A stretch of 64,000 nucleotides of DNA from contig OZ025702.1 in assembly GCA_964019335.1 (NCBI GenBank), forward strand, positions 62,001 through 126,000, in the 5' to 3' direction. Positions within the stretch are counted from its first letter, which is position 1. Every line of letters starts with the position of its first letter. Both the position numbers and the translations under genes were made by a program. Below, in pieces: positions 1 through 11,410 of this stretch. Source of the DNA: Diplonema japonicum. Its lineage: Eukaryota > Protista > Euglenozoa: Diplonemea. Under the pieces are notes generated by a model. That model was not told the origin of the DNA and made no database searches. It saw only the letters and a list, made by a program, of their open reading frames with translations.

Positions 1-1
1 G

Positions 2-2913
2 ATGGAAGGCCGTGGGGCGAGCAAGTTGCGGATCACGAGCACACGCCACAGACACGTGCTTTTTAACATTATCCGAGCCCTTCGGCGGCCTCGTGTGAAG
101 TGTGTTGTGAGGGCCATGTCGGCCCCAAGGCCAGGGCGGAGCATCTCCAGCCCGTCACCTAAAATACCTGACGAGGATCTCTTCAGTCATGCCGAGACTT
201 CTATCCAGAGAGCACGGTCCAGCAGCTTTAAATCAGTGACTCCACCAAGGAGCGCACTTTCGCGGTCGCAGTCCATCCCGTCTCCCAGCAGATCATGGGT
301 TGAAGTTGTGTCCGAAGTAACAGCAACCCCTTACACCCCCTACCATCGAACCCTCGCTCAGGCTGTTGTTGACACAGAGATCAGCTTCCTTGTCAACTCT
401 CCTCACACCTTCTCCTCTCCCCTCCCAGTTGCCGGTAATCCCGCGTCCCCTTATGGCCGCCGCAACCTCCACCCAAAGCGTCGCGTCTGCGAGCTTGATC
501 TCGCCCCCCGATCCAAATCCTCCGAATCTTGGCGGTAAACATAGACACACAACATAACACTTGTATTCCCCTTGTTCAAACTGCCAACTTCAATATCTTT
601 GATAACAGCCATGTGAATAAAATGGAGATACCTTTCAGAAGGCTCCCCAAGTTGTATCAGAAACCTGAAGCGTGTAGCAGCCCTGTGAAAAAGCTTCGCG
701 AGAAGAAGCGCTGCGTGGCGCATGCAAAAGGGAATATACATGTTCCTGAGGAGGCCGACAGGAAGATGCTGCACGGCATGGTGGTGATGAAAGGGAAACT
801 GGCTGCGTCTCTGCTGAAAACGGCACACAGCGACACGCATTTCATCCCACTACCACCGCCAGCAGCGACAACGATTACGCATGAGCAGCACATTCAGTGC
901 TGCGAGGATGTGACAAGGTACCTTACGAAAGTGTTCATGACGAAGCTCAAAGAGTACTCCATTCCAAACAAAGTTCACAAACCCCCCTCCCTTTCCTTAC
1001 CAACCATCACGGACGGGATGCTCGAGAGGACATCAGGGAGTCAAACCCTACGACCTTATACAGCACCAAGCCATAAAAAGAGCTCAACGAGAAGCTACAA
1101 GCGCGAGTCCTGCCTCCCTCCACCTGTGGACAACGAAGCTGACAACAGCAAAATTCACAGCAAAATACAGCAGCCCATGAACAACATCGCGAGACTGGAA
1201 GAGAAAAAGAGGAAACTCATGACGGCCATCAATGAGAAAAGGCCGGGAATGAAGCTAGTCCAGGACGGCGGTATCAACGAAGGCCCCGACCTTCTTGACA
1301 AGAACCACAACAACGACAACTGCGAGGACGATGCCGCCGTGGCTGCCACTAGTCCACGGTACTTGAAGCTGCCGCGAAGCCCGAGAACCCCGAGAAAACC
1401 CAGCACCTCGAAAAGCCCAAGCGATGGTAGAATGAGTGCTTTCACTCGTGTGGGCAATGTGGTAAAACCCCTCAAGCGCATGACGTGTGTAGGACAGAAG
1501 TCTATAAATAATAGTAATACCAATACTACTAAAATCAAGGAGAAACCCAACAACACCGAGAGTGGCCTGGGTATCGGAGATATGCTGAGTTCATCAAACC
1601 CCACAGGACAGTTTGTAGATATGATTAAAAACAAACACCTTGCAGAAGCTACACAGTACGTGCTCCCGAAGACACAGAAAGGCAACATCGAAAAAGTGCA
1701 GGAATTCAAACAAGGCGTGCGCGATCTGCTAGACGAGCTAGGGGTGTTGGAGGAAAAACTGATGAAAGGCATACAAAAAAGGTGCAGGCAAACAGCCCAC
1801 AACATTGGAGCACGGTACGGTAATGAGCCACAGCAGCCACCCAAGGAGCGTGACACAGTCGTGGTGCTGCATGAGCACGAGTGGAAGGAAGCACGCGTAG
1901 TGCAGGTGAACAAAGGCTGCCCCATCGTTCAGGTGGGCAAGGAGGGCATCTTCGAAAAAACAACAATACCGTACATGGGGAAGCTTGTCATATGCACTGA
2001 TAAGGACCTCGAATCGACAGAGCGGCAGAATCTGCTTGACTTCGAGGCGTGTAAGAAGATAACTGCTATAAAACACGAGATCGAGAACACCCAAGGCTAC
2101 AGGGAGCTTCTTCAACGAAACGAACAAGCGCGGGAGCAGAGAGATTCCATGACGAAGCACATGGTGGCGAACCACATGGAGAGGAAGCACGTGCTGCATC
2201 TGCAGCTTCAAACATTGGCAAACCAAATAACGCAAACAAAAAAGCAACACAACGAGTTTAAAGCAGAGGAGGTACGGCTGGAGGTGGCTATACTAAAAAC
2301 CAAGAACGAGGTAAAAGAGCACGAGAAAGACATACGAAACTTGAAACTAAAGACCAATAGGATGAAGTATAAAGGCAAGTACAAGAAGATGCTGAAAGCG
2401 ATGCTCGAGGAAACAGCACCGGATGAAGTGGGGGACCTCCTAGGACTGCATGACGTGGGCGTGCAACATGACCTTCAGGAGATGGTCGGGTTGAAGTCGA
2501 AGGTGTTCTTCCAGAACAAGGAGAAAGTGATCCAGGAAGAGATAGAAAATCTAAAGGAGTGCGCGCAAGAATTAGCTGAGTTCAACTTTGAGCTGGAATC
2601 CGAAATCACGTGCAGCCAGTGCCTCAACATTGCTCGCGACATGGTCATGATGTGGCCTTGTGGACACAGCTTCTGCGAAACCTGCGCAGCGACAATGGAA
2701 ACCAACATCTACGCTCCTGTTGAGTGCTGGCGCTGTGCCGACTGTAACCAAATGTCCGCCTTCGAGTCAGTCCCTAACCAGTCTATCACGAACCTCAGTA
2801 CAAAATGGAGTGTCAAAGAAAGCGGCCATCGTGACTTAACAGTTGCTATCATGGCCTTCGAGGCAGAGCTTGCTGCCATTAACAGAAAGTGTATCGCTCC
2901 TTTGAAACACTAA
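2..2913 (+). CDS. Coiled-coil protein with C-terminal C3HC4 RING finger (probably two exons, may start upstream of window)
   Basis: ORF 529-2913 has a long coiled-coil and RING motif CSQC...CGHSFCETC...CADC. ORF 2-538 joins it in frame via a putative intron 535-608 (GTAAAC...TAACAG, phase 2). Alternatively two separate genes. Confidence 0.75.
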
Positions 2914-2978
2914 AAAGTCTTACTCTTCATGTAATCCAAACTTCGTACTTTTTTACACAGCTAACATGCTGACTCGCG

Positions 2979-5285
2979 ATGGCGCTTGAGGCTGAGGTTG
3001 CACTCCGCACGGCATGGGCCACCGGACCGGAGGTGTTCTCGTATCAACTATGCTTACTAGCAAGTCATGACACAGGAGGAGTCTTGCGAAATCATTTACT
3101 TCGAGAAGGATGGGGCGAGAGGATGCTGCAAACTACTGCTAAAGGACCCCTGGCTAGATGGGCTTACATTCTTGGCATGTTCTGTGAGGTGGATGTGGGT
3201 GGTGGCTTCGGGAGGCGCCTTGCGAGGTCCCCCGAGGTAGTGCAGACCGTGTTCAATGGCTTGACACCAGCAAACGGCAAATGCCCACAGTGGTTGTGCT
3301 CCCTTGCGTACAGCTGCCCCCCAGCGATAGTTATCCCTGCAACTATTGGTTTGATTCAAAGTCAGCTTGACATGCGAGAACAACCCCGTAGGGACGCCAT
3401 CCAGACCATGATAGCTGTGCACGGTATTGACACTGTGCCAGGCCTCATGGCTTTGAACTCAATACTTGAAGGAAGAAAGCTGAAGGCTGTGTTCACCCTG
3501 CAACGGTTCATAAGGGTTTTTACTGCGAAGCGTGCAGCCCTCAGAGCAAAGCGGGAGGCAGAAAAACGAGCAAAACACAGCTACATCTCTGCACAGCAAG
3601 AGTGGTCTGCCATCATGATCCAGTCGCACATACGGAAGGTGCTGGCAAAGGTCAGAGCAAGACGGCTCCACAAGGCGCTACCCTTTATAGTGTGGATAAT
3701 GGGGAAAGAGACAGTACCGGGGCTACATGTAGTGAGTAGAGCCTTAGAAGAGACTGTCACCAGCACAACTGAAGTAGATGCACCCAAGTCATCCGAAGTC
3801 ACTCAGGAGGAAGAAAGTAAGGATCAACCCGAGCCGTCAACATGCCTGAACTTGCTGACGAGAATGGGGTCCTACCCGTCACTCAATGTTGTGGCGAAGG
3901 CCTTGGACAACATAGACACGGACTTTCTTATTTCTGAAGCTGACACTGAAACCTTCCGCGGCCACTTGTCCACGCTAGATGTTGCACTCGGCAAGGGCGG
4001 TGCTTGGGGCATCTCTGTTTGGGACTTACTCACACAGCTTGTGCTCCTTTCGCTGCAGGAGCCCTCACTTGCTATACGTGTCTTCGACATCCTCGCGCGG
4101 AATACCACTGCCTTGCAGAAGGAATTGACACATGCTAAAGGTGACCCCACCTTCACAGAAAAACATACAAACCTAGTTAGCCTAATGCTGGGCTTCTTGA
4201 AGCCCGTGAGATGCCCCCCAGTGGTGCTGACCGAAGTGGGTACGTATTGTGGACTTCGATGTGTCAGAAGGCAAGTCGTCCTGCAGCAAGGAACCCCTTT
4301 ACACTATTATCTCGTGATGAAATGTGTACTTTCCGTCTGTCCTGCTGTGCTGCGGGGCTTTCCTGCAAGGTGTTTATACTCTTTGTTTAGTTACCCTGAG
4401 TCTCTTGTACACCTGTGGGATGTCATGCGGGAGGTAGATGTTGCAGGGATCCTGCTGTCTCCCCTTGAAATGAAAGAGCAAGGCATGCTTGAGATGCACC
4501 ATGCGCAGTCGGCTGCCTCAGTGATTAAGAGGGCGTGGGGGAGAGGAGCAAGGAAGGGCAAGCGAGGACAACTAACACCAGCAGAATCTGCTCCAGTACA
4601 GGTAAGCGATTTGAAATCTCTTGAAGAAGAGGCGATGACCGTTCTTGGCAATATTAGTGTGCAAAGCATGGGTACCTTGGAGTGCCTTGCAGAGCAATAC
4701 GAAGTCCTGAAGGACATAGTGCTGTACGAAGCAGGAGGGAGGCTAGACATAGCCTTGGAAGAGACGTATGCGGCCATTGCTGTTGTGGAGCACGTGGAAA
4801 CCACGTGGCGTGCTAGACAGGCAACCGCACTCGACACCCAGCGTGCTGCTATAGATACTGTGCGGAAGGCATGCAAGCAGCTTGTGGAGGAGGAACGAGA
4901 GATGCGAGGGATGCTCTTCAAGTCCAGCATGGACTTCTTCAAGGAGGCATCTCGCTATAAAAAAACCTTCTCCGTGCAAATGAAGTACATCTTCACACAT
5001 CTCTTCAACGAGGCCACCGTGCGCCGCAGTATCGAAACCTCAGAACGCTCCCACCGCGACCTCCTCATGCGGTACGAGGTGTCCTGCAGACTTACTCCTC
5101 TTCAACGCGCTCGCAACATTGAGCAACGTGCACCCAAGATAAGGCACCTCAGATATCTGGAAGCAGCAAGATCCCGTCCGCCCTCCACATATTCCCCTCC
5201 AAGAAGCAGAAGCAGGAGTGCAGGCAGAAGAAAACCTTCGCTCCTGCCTTCGATCTCCCCGCACGCGGACAGGCAGTTCCGATAA
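2979..5285 (+). CDS. IQ-motif-containing protein
   Basis: 768-aa ORF with IQ-like motifs AVFTLQRFIRVFTAKR and SAIMIQSHIRKVLAK; ACACAG acceptor-like site ending at 2960. Confidence 0.75.
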   Translation: MALEAEVALRTAWATGPEVFSYQLCLLASHDTGGVLRNHLLREGWGERMLQTTAKGPLARWAYILGMFCEVDVGGGFGRRLARSPEVVQTVFNGLTPANGKCPQWLCSLAYSCPPAIVIPATIGLIQSQLDMREQPRRDAIQTMIAVHGIDTVPGLMALNSILEGRKLKAVFTLQRFIRVFTAKRAALRAKREAEKRAKHSYISAQQEWSAIMIQSHIRKVLAKVRARRLHKALPFIVWIMGKETVPGLHVVSRALEETVTSTTEVDAPKSSEVTQEEESKDQPEPSTCLNLLTRMGSYPSLNVVAKALDNIDTDFLISEADTETFRGHLSTLDVALGKGGAWGISVWDLLTQLVLLSLQEPSLAIRVFDILARNTTALQKELTHAKGDPTFTEKHTNLVSLMLGFLKPVRCPPVVLTEVGTYCGLRCVRRQVVLQQGTPLHYYLVMKCVLSVCPAVLRGFPARCLYSLFSYPESLVHLWDVMREVDVAGILLSPLEMKEQGMLEMHHAQSAASVIKRAWGRGARKGKRGQLTPAESAPVQVSDLKSLEEEAMTVLGNISVQSMGTLECLAEQYEVLKDIVLYEAGGRLDIALEETYAAIAVVEHVETTWRARQATALDTQRAAIDTVRKACKQLVEEEREMRGMLFKSSMDFFKEASRYKKTFSVQMKYIFTHLFNEATVRRSIETSERSHRDLLMRYEVSCRLTPLQRARNIEQRAPKIRHLRYLEAARSRPPSTYSPPRSRSRSAGRRKPSLLPSISPHADRQFR

Positions 5286-5351
5286 AAAGTTGCAACACTG
5301 TTCTATATTCAGCTTTCTTCCTTTTCAAATTTTTACCCACCCGCCAGGTTC

Positions 5352-7625
5352 ATGGCTCGCTGTGGAGAGTTTGAGTGCACCAACCAAAGCTATCCATGGG
5401 TGGTCGATGGGACAGCGTGCTTAGGGGGGTGTAACTTCACCGACTGTTGTGCAGTTGCATGGGAGGAGGCCCTAGCACCTAGGTGGTCGTGGCACGAGAC
5501 ATGTGAGGTTGAGGCCAAGTTGAGTGAAGTGGCTACAGATGACTCAGAGAGGTGTGCCACAGAGTGCGAGAATGAAGGGGACTGTGCCGTGTCGCAAATG
5601 AACAGTGCTGCCCAAACATGCACCTTGTACAAGAGTGGCAACTGCGATGCTGCTTTCCTAGAGCAGTGTCCTACTTGTGTCTACTCAAGGAAGGCTCTCC
5701 TCCCTTGGTACAACGTAAGCTCTACCTTTTGCAACGCCACCTCAGCCATCCAGCTCGCTAACATGTCTGTTGCAGCCTGCATGCGTGAGTGCGACAAAAG
5801 TCAGTCCTGCGGCGCTGTCGTCAAGTCTGGTGACAACTGCCAGATGTGGGGCATGCCTGTCACTTGCAACGGCACCGACCTCAATTTCACAGATGGCTGC
5901 CTTGGCGAGACATGCTTCTACCAAAAATCGTCCTTCGCCGACTTATGTCAACCTGTTCTCGATAGCTATATAGGTCACTGGGGGCCAATCCTTTGCATTG
6001 TGGTGCTCTCACTCCTCTGCTTGTGGTCCTTCCTGTTGTTGTGTTCGACTTTCCGACCTGGTGGAGGGGGGCGCAGTGTTTACAGATACCAGTGCGGCTT
6101 GTTCCTCTTGTGTGCAGTGCCGCTGATGCTGCTTTTCGTAATAGGGACGAACCCTGCTGTGCGGCGGGCAATGTTGGTCGAGTGCCCTCCGTACATCGAA
6201 CCCGCGTGGGGCCCCTTCCTCAATAGGGAGGTCATCGATGAGCCAACTGGCGACTTCGGTAGCTTGAACATTGAAGGTTGCAACGGGACACATCTCGACA
6301 CCTGGCTCAATTTAGGGAGCTGCCTGCAATCCAAGGAGTGGGAAGAGGAGCTACGGAGCTTTCACTTCAAAGGTGAAGAAACAGAGTTAGGCGACTACGA
6401 CGTGAAGATAGAGTGCTTGGGCGATGGACCTGTGTTTATCCAATACAAGACAAAGGATGGGTCTTGCAAGGATGCAGTCGCGCGGAAGCACGTGGAGGAG
6501 AACGAGTGCCTCCATGGTACAGAGAGTGCAACAGGGATCGCGGTACACTGCAGTGCATGCGACTGGCTGTGGTGGCGGCACGTAAAAACAGCGCCTTACA
6601 TAGTTATGCTCATCAACAGCGTTTGCAGCATGATGTTTTCGTCCTTGTGTGCATGGATGGGCTCGAAGGTCTCGGAAGCAACCGACATTGTAGTCGAGGA
6701 AGAGGAGGCCTCAGACGACGAGGTGCCGGGTGACTCCAGCGCACCGGACTACATCTCCGAGTCGGCAGGTTCGAAGTCACACGAACCGACAGGTGACGAC
6801 TCAAAAGAATGTGTGAAGCAGCCCACCACGAGACAGCTGCTGCAGAAGAAGATCGAGCTGATCACCGAAGAGCTCACCGACGAAATGTCTGAGGAGTCGT
6901 CGATGAAGGAGTACGCCGCGCGGTCGGCAGCCCCAAACCACTACTTCGTCATTGTGAAGACTATTTTCCTCGCAATTTTCTTCGTGTTCTGCGCACGCGC
7001 TGCTGCACAGCACAAGGCAACATCGTGGCAGCGGTACCAGATCATGTTTACACGACTCATGAACTCAGGAATCGTGCTGCTGTTGCTGGAGTCGGCAAGA
7101 GGCGTGATCGGAAACCTCAAAATGCTGCAACTGTTGAAAGAGTCCGGATCGCGAGGGGGCCCTGAGGTGAAGGAGAACATGCGCAAAGTGCAGGTGTCCA
7201 TTGCCATCACCTTCTTCACATTGATCATCTTTCTGCCTGTGTTCCTGACACATGTAATCCCCATGGTGGGCATGTTCCCTTGGATGCTCGTCATCTTGCT
7301 TGTGGTGGGCCACTTCGTCATGACTTGGCCCATCCAGTACCTGGACGAACAGCTGGGCAGAGATTGGGCCAACCTGGTGGTCAGGTCACCTATTAGGGCG
7401 TACTTCTTCTCTCAACTAATGGGTATATGGCTCAAGTTCACATCATCTTTCGTAATTGTGCTCCCTATGCAAATGCTTTTTAATTATGGGGTGCTTGCCT
7501 ACAAGGGGCATCCCTACTGGCAGATCCCGTTTGAGGAGTACAAGTCGCGCTCACACTGGTGCTTCTTTGAAGAACCTTTTGAGGAGGCTGCTAATGCTTT
7601 ACAGTTTATAAGCTTTTTTTTCTAA
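5352..7625 (+). CDS. Multi-pass membrane protein with Cys-rich PAN/apple-like extracellular modules
   Basis: 757-aa ORF; two PAN-like Cys patterns (CATECENEGDC...CTLY; CMRECDKSQSC...CQMW) followed by many hydrophobic segments. Confidence 0.75.
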   Translation: MARCGEFECTNQSYPWVVDGTACLGGCNFTDCCAVAWEEALAPRWSWHETCEVEAKLSEVATDDSERCATECENEGDCAVSQMNSAAQTCTLYKSGNCDAAFLEQCPTCVYSRKALLPWYNVSSTFCNATSAIQLANMSVAACMRECDKSQSCGAVVKSGDNCQMWGMPVTCNGTDLNFTDGCLGETCFYQKSSFADLCQPVLDSYIGHWGPILCIVVLSLLCLWSFLLLCSTFRPGGGGRSVYRYQCGLFLLCAVPLMLLFVIGTNPAVRRAMLVECPPYIEPAWGPFLNREVIDEPTGDFGSLNIEGCNGTHLDTWLNLGSCLQSKEWEEELRSFHFKGEETELGDYDVKIECLGDGPVFIQYKTKDGSCKDAVARKHVEENECLHGTESATGIAVHCSACDWLWWRHVKTAPYIVMLINSVCSMMFSSLCAWMGSKVSEATDIVVEEEEASDDEVPGDSSAPDYISESAGSKSHEPTGDDSKECVKQPTTRQLLQKKIELITEELTDEMSEESSMKEYAARSAAPNHYFVIVKTIFLAIFFVFCARAAAQHKATSWQRYQIMFTRLMNSGIVLLLLESARGVIGNLKMLQLLKESGSRGGPEVKENMRKVQVSIAITFFTLIIFLPVFLTHVIPMVGMFPWMLVILLVVGHFVMTWPIQYLDEQLGRDWANLVVRSPIRAYFFSQLMGIWLKFTSSFVIVLPMQMLFNYGVLAYKGHPYWQIPFEEYKSRSHWCFFEEPFEEAANALQFISFFF

Positions 7626-7689
7626 CACTTACACACAACTTATCGTTCTTATTTTTCCTACAACCTGCCACTGCTTACTCACCTTTAGG

Positions 7690-7947
7690 ATGAACAAGGC
7701 AACGCACTCGCCGCAATGCACCAACGGGAACATCATCGCCATCTATGACGACACTGTTGAGGACGTCAGGGCCCTCACACCCACAGTGCCCGTGACCAGA
7801 GACGGAGATGGGTTGCAAGAGATGGTGGCAGACCTGCAGAGGCTACGAGCAGCAAACATCGACACCCAACTGAAGTGCCGTATGGTGCAGGATGTGTTGC
7901 TCAGCGCAAGCAGCGTGCTGTTCAAAGAGATGAAGTCAGACAGTTAA
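7690..7947 (+). CDS. Small coiled-coil protein (85 aa)
   Basis: ORF fills the gap between neighbours with coding-like composition; TTTAG acceptor one base before the ATG. Confidence 0.55.
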   Translation: MNKATHSPQCTNGNIIAIYDDTVEDVRALTPTVPVTRDGDGLQEMVADLQRLRAANIDTQLKCRMVQDVLLSASSVLFKEMKSDS

Positions 7948-7979
7948 CACACCAAAGGTCATCAATACAACACAGTAAA

Positions 7980-9193
7980 ATGGCAGAGCGTGATGTGGGG
8001 ACTGCCTTTGTACACAAATACTACAGCACCTTCAGCAAGAACCCAGTAGAGCTGGGCTCCATGTACTCAAAGGGCAGTCTCTTCGCCCACGCTAGTGTGG
8101 GGAGGAGCCTGGACTTCGTAGAGGGAAGGGAGGACATTACGGCAACCCTCGAAGAGATTGCGAGAGGGGATGGCAACCAGGACTGCAAGTTCACGCTGCA
8201 CAATGTAGACTGCGTGCCGTCCCTGGGAGGCTCGATCATGCTGCTGGTGCAGGGCATGATGCTGACACGGGAGACCACACGGGAGTTTGCACACACATTC
8301 TTGTTGGGGAGGAACACCGACAACACCTTCTACATCCACAACGATGTGATGAGGATCTGCGAACACGACGATGAAGACGAAGAGGACTACGAGGCAGAGG
8401 AGGAGGAGGAGGAAGAGGTTGCCGCCACAATTCCCACTGTTGAGGAGGTCACTGGTGAAGTGTTCGATGAACCTAAACCCGCTGCTGCCAAACCACCCGC
8501 ACCCACACCAAAGAAGGCTGCACCTAAGGAGGAGGAGCCTGAGCCTGTTGTCAAGATAGAGAAAACCAAAGCACGCCCTTCCTCGTGGGCTGCCATGGTC
8601 AGCGCTACTTCGTCACTTCAAGGAGAAACTAAGAAGGCCGTCCGGGTTACCGGTGGTGCCACAGTGGTCCAGCAGGCGGCAAAGAAGAAGGTTGTAAAAT
8701 CTGATGAGCCCCGCAAAGGAGGGAAGGGCGGGGACAGGCCGAGGAAGGACAAAGGGGACAAGGGGGACGTTGTGAGGAAGGAGAAGAGGCCCGACATCAA
8801 CTACAACTACCACTCGCTGTACCTGTCGAAGTTACCGGAGGGGTTCAAGGAGGCAGACGTGAAGAACGTGTTCGGGAAGTTTGGCACAATCAAGGGGATG
8901 AAGTACCAGGTAGGCAGCAACACATCACATCGCACAACACAACACAACACAACAGGATGGCCAGACTATGAACGCTGGTGGGCGAAGGTGCTTCGTCGAT
9001 TACGACAGCAAGGAGGCTGTGGAGGCCGCCTTGAAGGATCAGGTGTGTGCTTGGAAATGTTTTCAATAAAAAAAAACACGCACACACGCAGATAAAGTGG
9101 AACGGTGTGGTTCTTAACGTGCAGGAGAGGAAGAGCCCCATGCAGAGGAAGCAGGAGGAGAAGGGCGGAAAGGTATGGCAGAGGGGGGTTGGC

Positions 9194-9231
<38 letters not shown>

Positions 9232-9263
9232 ACGCCCCGCGCAGGAATGAGAAGAGGAACTGA
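7980..9263 (+). CDS. G3BP: G3BP/Rasputin-like NTF2 + RRM protein
   Basis: N-terminal NTF2 fold (VGTAFVHKYY...FAHTFLL...FYIHNDVMR), acidic/Pro region, SWAAMV motif. The RRM is completed only after splicing introns 8910-8955 and 9043-9091 (restores RNP1-like RCFVDY). A third intron 9173-9230 is tentative; otherwise the stop ends at 9199. Confidence 0.85.
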
Positions 9264-9695
9264 AAATGTAAATCATCACCGCCGCCCCCTCTTTGCCAAA
9301 TAGATCATCCCCCACCAAGAGGAAAGAACGAGAGGAAAGAGATCGTTAAATAATCACACCCACCCAACCCCCCCCTTTTTTTTTAAACCCCCCTACACCG
9401 ACCGCTCAGAAAGGACTCTTGCCCAGTGTGTGTGTGTGCTTCTCTGTCTAGTTTCTATCGAGGGTGACCCTGTTGCCTAATTTGGTTTTTTTTTTTTCTG
9501 TTTCCCTTTTTTTTGATATTATTGTTATTTTTCCACGTACAAGAAAAAAATTGATCCGAGTCTACTTTTTTTAAAAAAAAATATTTCCCTTATTATTTTT
9601 TTTTTGTGTTCTTTCTTATGTTCGATGTGTTCACCCCTCACAGATAAACTTATTGCAGGTATACACAAAAATATATTTATTTACACAACTGAACA

Positions 9696-9920
9696 ATGTC
9701 CTACGGCTCCTGGTCACGAAATGACTACGATCCCCACCCAGGGCTCAAGGACGAATTCAATAACACACAACTTTTGTACCACCCTCACGAACTGGGGATC
9801 GGAAAGGGACACGGGACGTTACCCTTACCAAACTCACCTGCCGCCTTAAAGTTGGTACCTTTGAAGGCTGGCCCATTGCCGAAGCAAGATAAATTACCGC
9901 TTCCTAAAGGACCTGTGTAG
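9696..9920 (+). CDS. Hypothetical small protein (74 aa)
   Basis: Complex-sequence island between homopolymer-rich spacers coinciding exactly with an ATG..TAG ORF. Confidence 0.55.
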   Translation: MSYGSWSRNDYDPHPGLKDEFNNTQLLYHPHELGIGKGHGTLPLPNSPAALKLVPLKAGPLPKQDKLPLPKGPV

Positions 9921-10070
9921 CAACCGGACAAAAAAAAAAGAATAAAAAGTGGGGCCAAAATGAATTAAAAAAAACTTTTTTTTTTCATTCTCACGAACAT
10001 CATCACCACACTACAGGAAAGGGGGAGGAACACGCAAAAAAAAAAAAAGAAGCGGGGAAAAAAAAAAAAA

Positions 10071-11344
10071 ATGGGTGTGGATGAGGATGCTATCATACAT
10101 AGTAAGGATATCATTAAAAGCATATTGGCAAAGTTCCCCGAGGCGAAGCCAGAGCTAAAGAACATGATAGTAAACCTGGACAAAGGAGAAGCAGTAATGC
10201 TGACCAGCGTGCAAGATGTTGAGTCACGTCTCAAGCTGCTGCAAATTTTCACTTTCTTGCGGCTCGGTGCAACTGAGAAAGTCCCTGGGGCGGTGTGTGC
10301 AAAAAAAAAAGGAAGAAAAAAAAAAAAACACAGGACAAAAGCTACCGTACCACCCCTTCTTCTGTGCCCCTCCTCCGTAGGCGCTTTGCCATGCTTCTCG
10401 GTATCACCGCTGGAGAAATGGGCAATGACAGCGATAGCGAGTCAAGCAGCGACAGCAGCAGCTTCGTGAAGAAGAAGAAAAAGAAGTCGAAGAAAGAGAA
10501 AAAGAAGTTGAAGAAGGAGAAGAAGGAGAAGAAGAAAAAAGCGAAAAAGTCGAAGAAGCCCAAAAAAGGCGAGAGAGGGGAGGAGTTGCTTTCCTTTGAG
10601 GAAGATGAACCTTTACAGGCAACACCGGCACCAGTACCAACGCCAGCGGCTGAAGAGCAGCCTCAAGAAGACCGCAGGGTGCGTGGCCCCGCGATGCCAG
10701 AGGCGGGCCGTGATGATGATGAAGACGACGAAGACGCCTTCGGCCCTGCGATGTCCTACAGGGAGACAGTAGGCGAGGAAGCATTCCTCTGTGACACAGG
10801 TGAAACGACCATCGTAGCACCCATGGTCAAGGAGAAGGAAGAGAAAACAGGAGGACGAGACGACTGGATGACAATACTGCCCGACTCTGGGACGGGCCCC
10901 CTCGGTTCCATCGCTTGGCGGCACGGCAAAGCTCGCACAGTTGACAAAACAGTCGGTGACAAGTCCCGTCAGGACTGGGTCATGACACCACAGGAGAAGG
11001 CTAACCCAAAAGGCCCTGAGAAGCGCGACAGGGAAGAAGACGATGCCGAGCTCCTAAAGTACCAGAAGCACCTTCGCGACCAAGCGGCCAACGAGAGAAT
11101 GCAGAAGGAGTACGATAAGGCGAATGAAAACCGCCAGACATCCCTCATGGAAATGCACCAGCAGAAGCTGAAGGAACAAGAGCGTCAGAACCCCACACCC
11201 GCCGGCGTTGGGAGGTGGGACAGGGAACGTGACTTCGAGTCCGCTGGCATCGTCGACAGCAAGCGGCTCTTCGACAACATCGCCAACGCGAACAGCGGGC
11301 TCAAGAGCAAGTTTTCGCACGGCAGCAGACACTTCAATGCGTAG
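10071..11344 (+). CDS. GPALPP1/DUF3752-like protein (two exons)
   Basis: Intron 10293-10333 (GTGTGT...ACACAG, phase 0) joins two ORFs; motifs GPAMP, RDDWMT, SLMEMHQ, RWDRERD, SKFSHG typical of DUF3752. Confidence 0.8.
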
Positions 11345-11410
11345 TGATGCTGTGTGATGCTGTTGCTATTTATTGGACGTGCTGTCCTATTACCTTCCAG
11401 ACAGGCAAAC

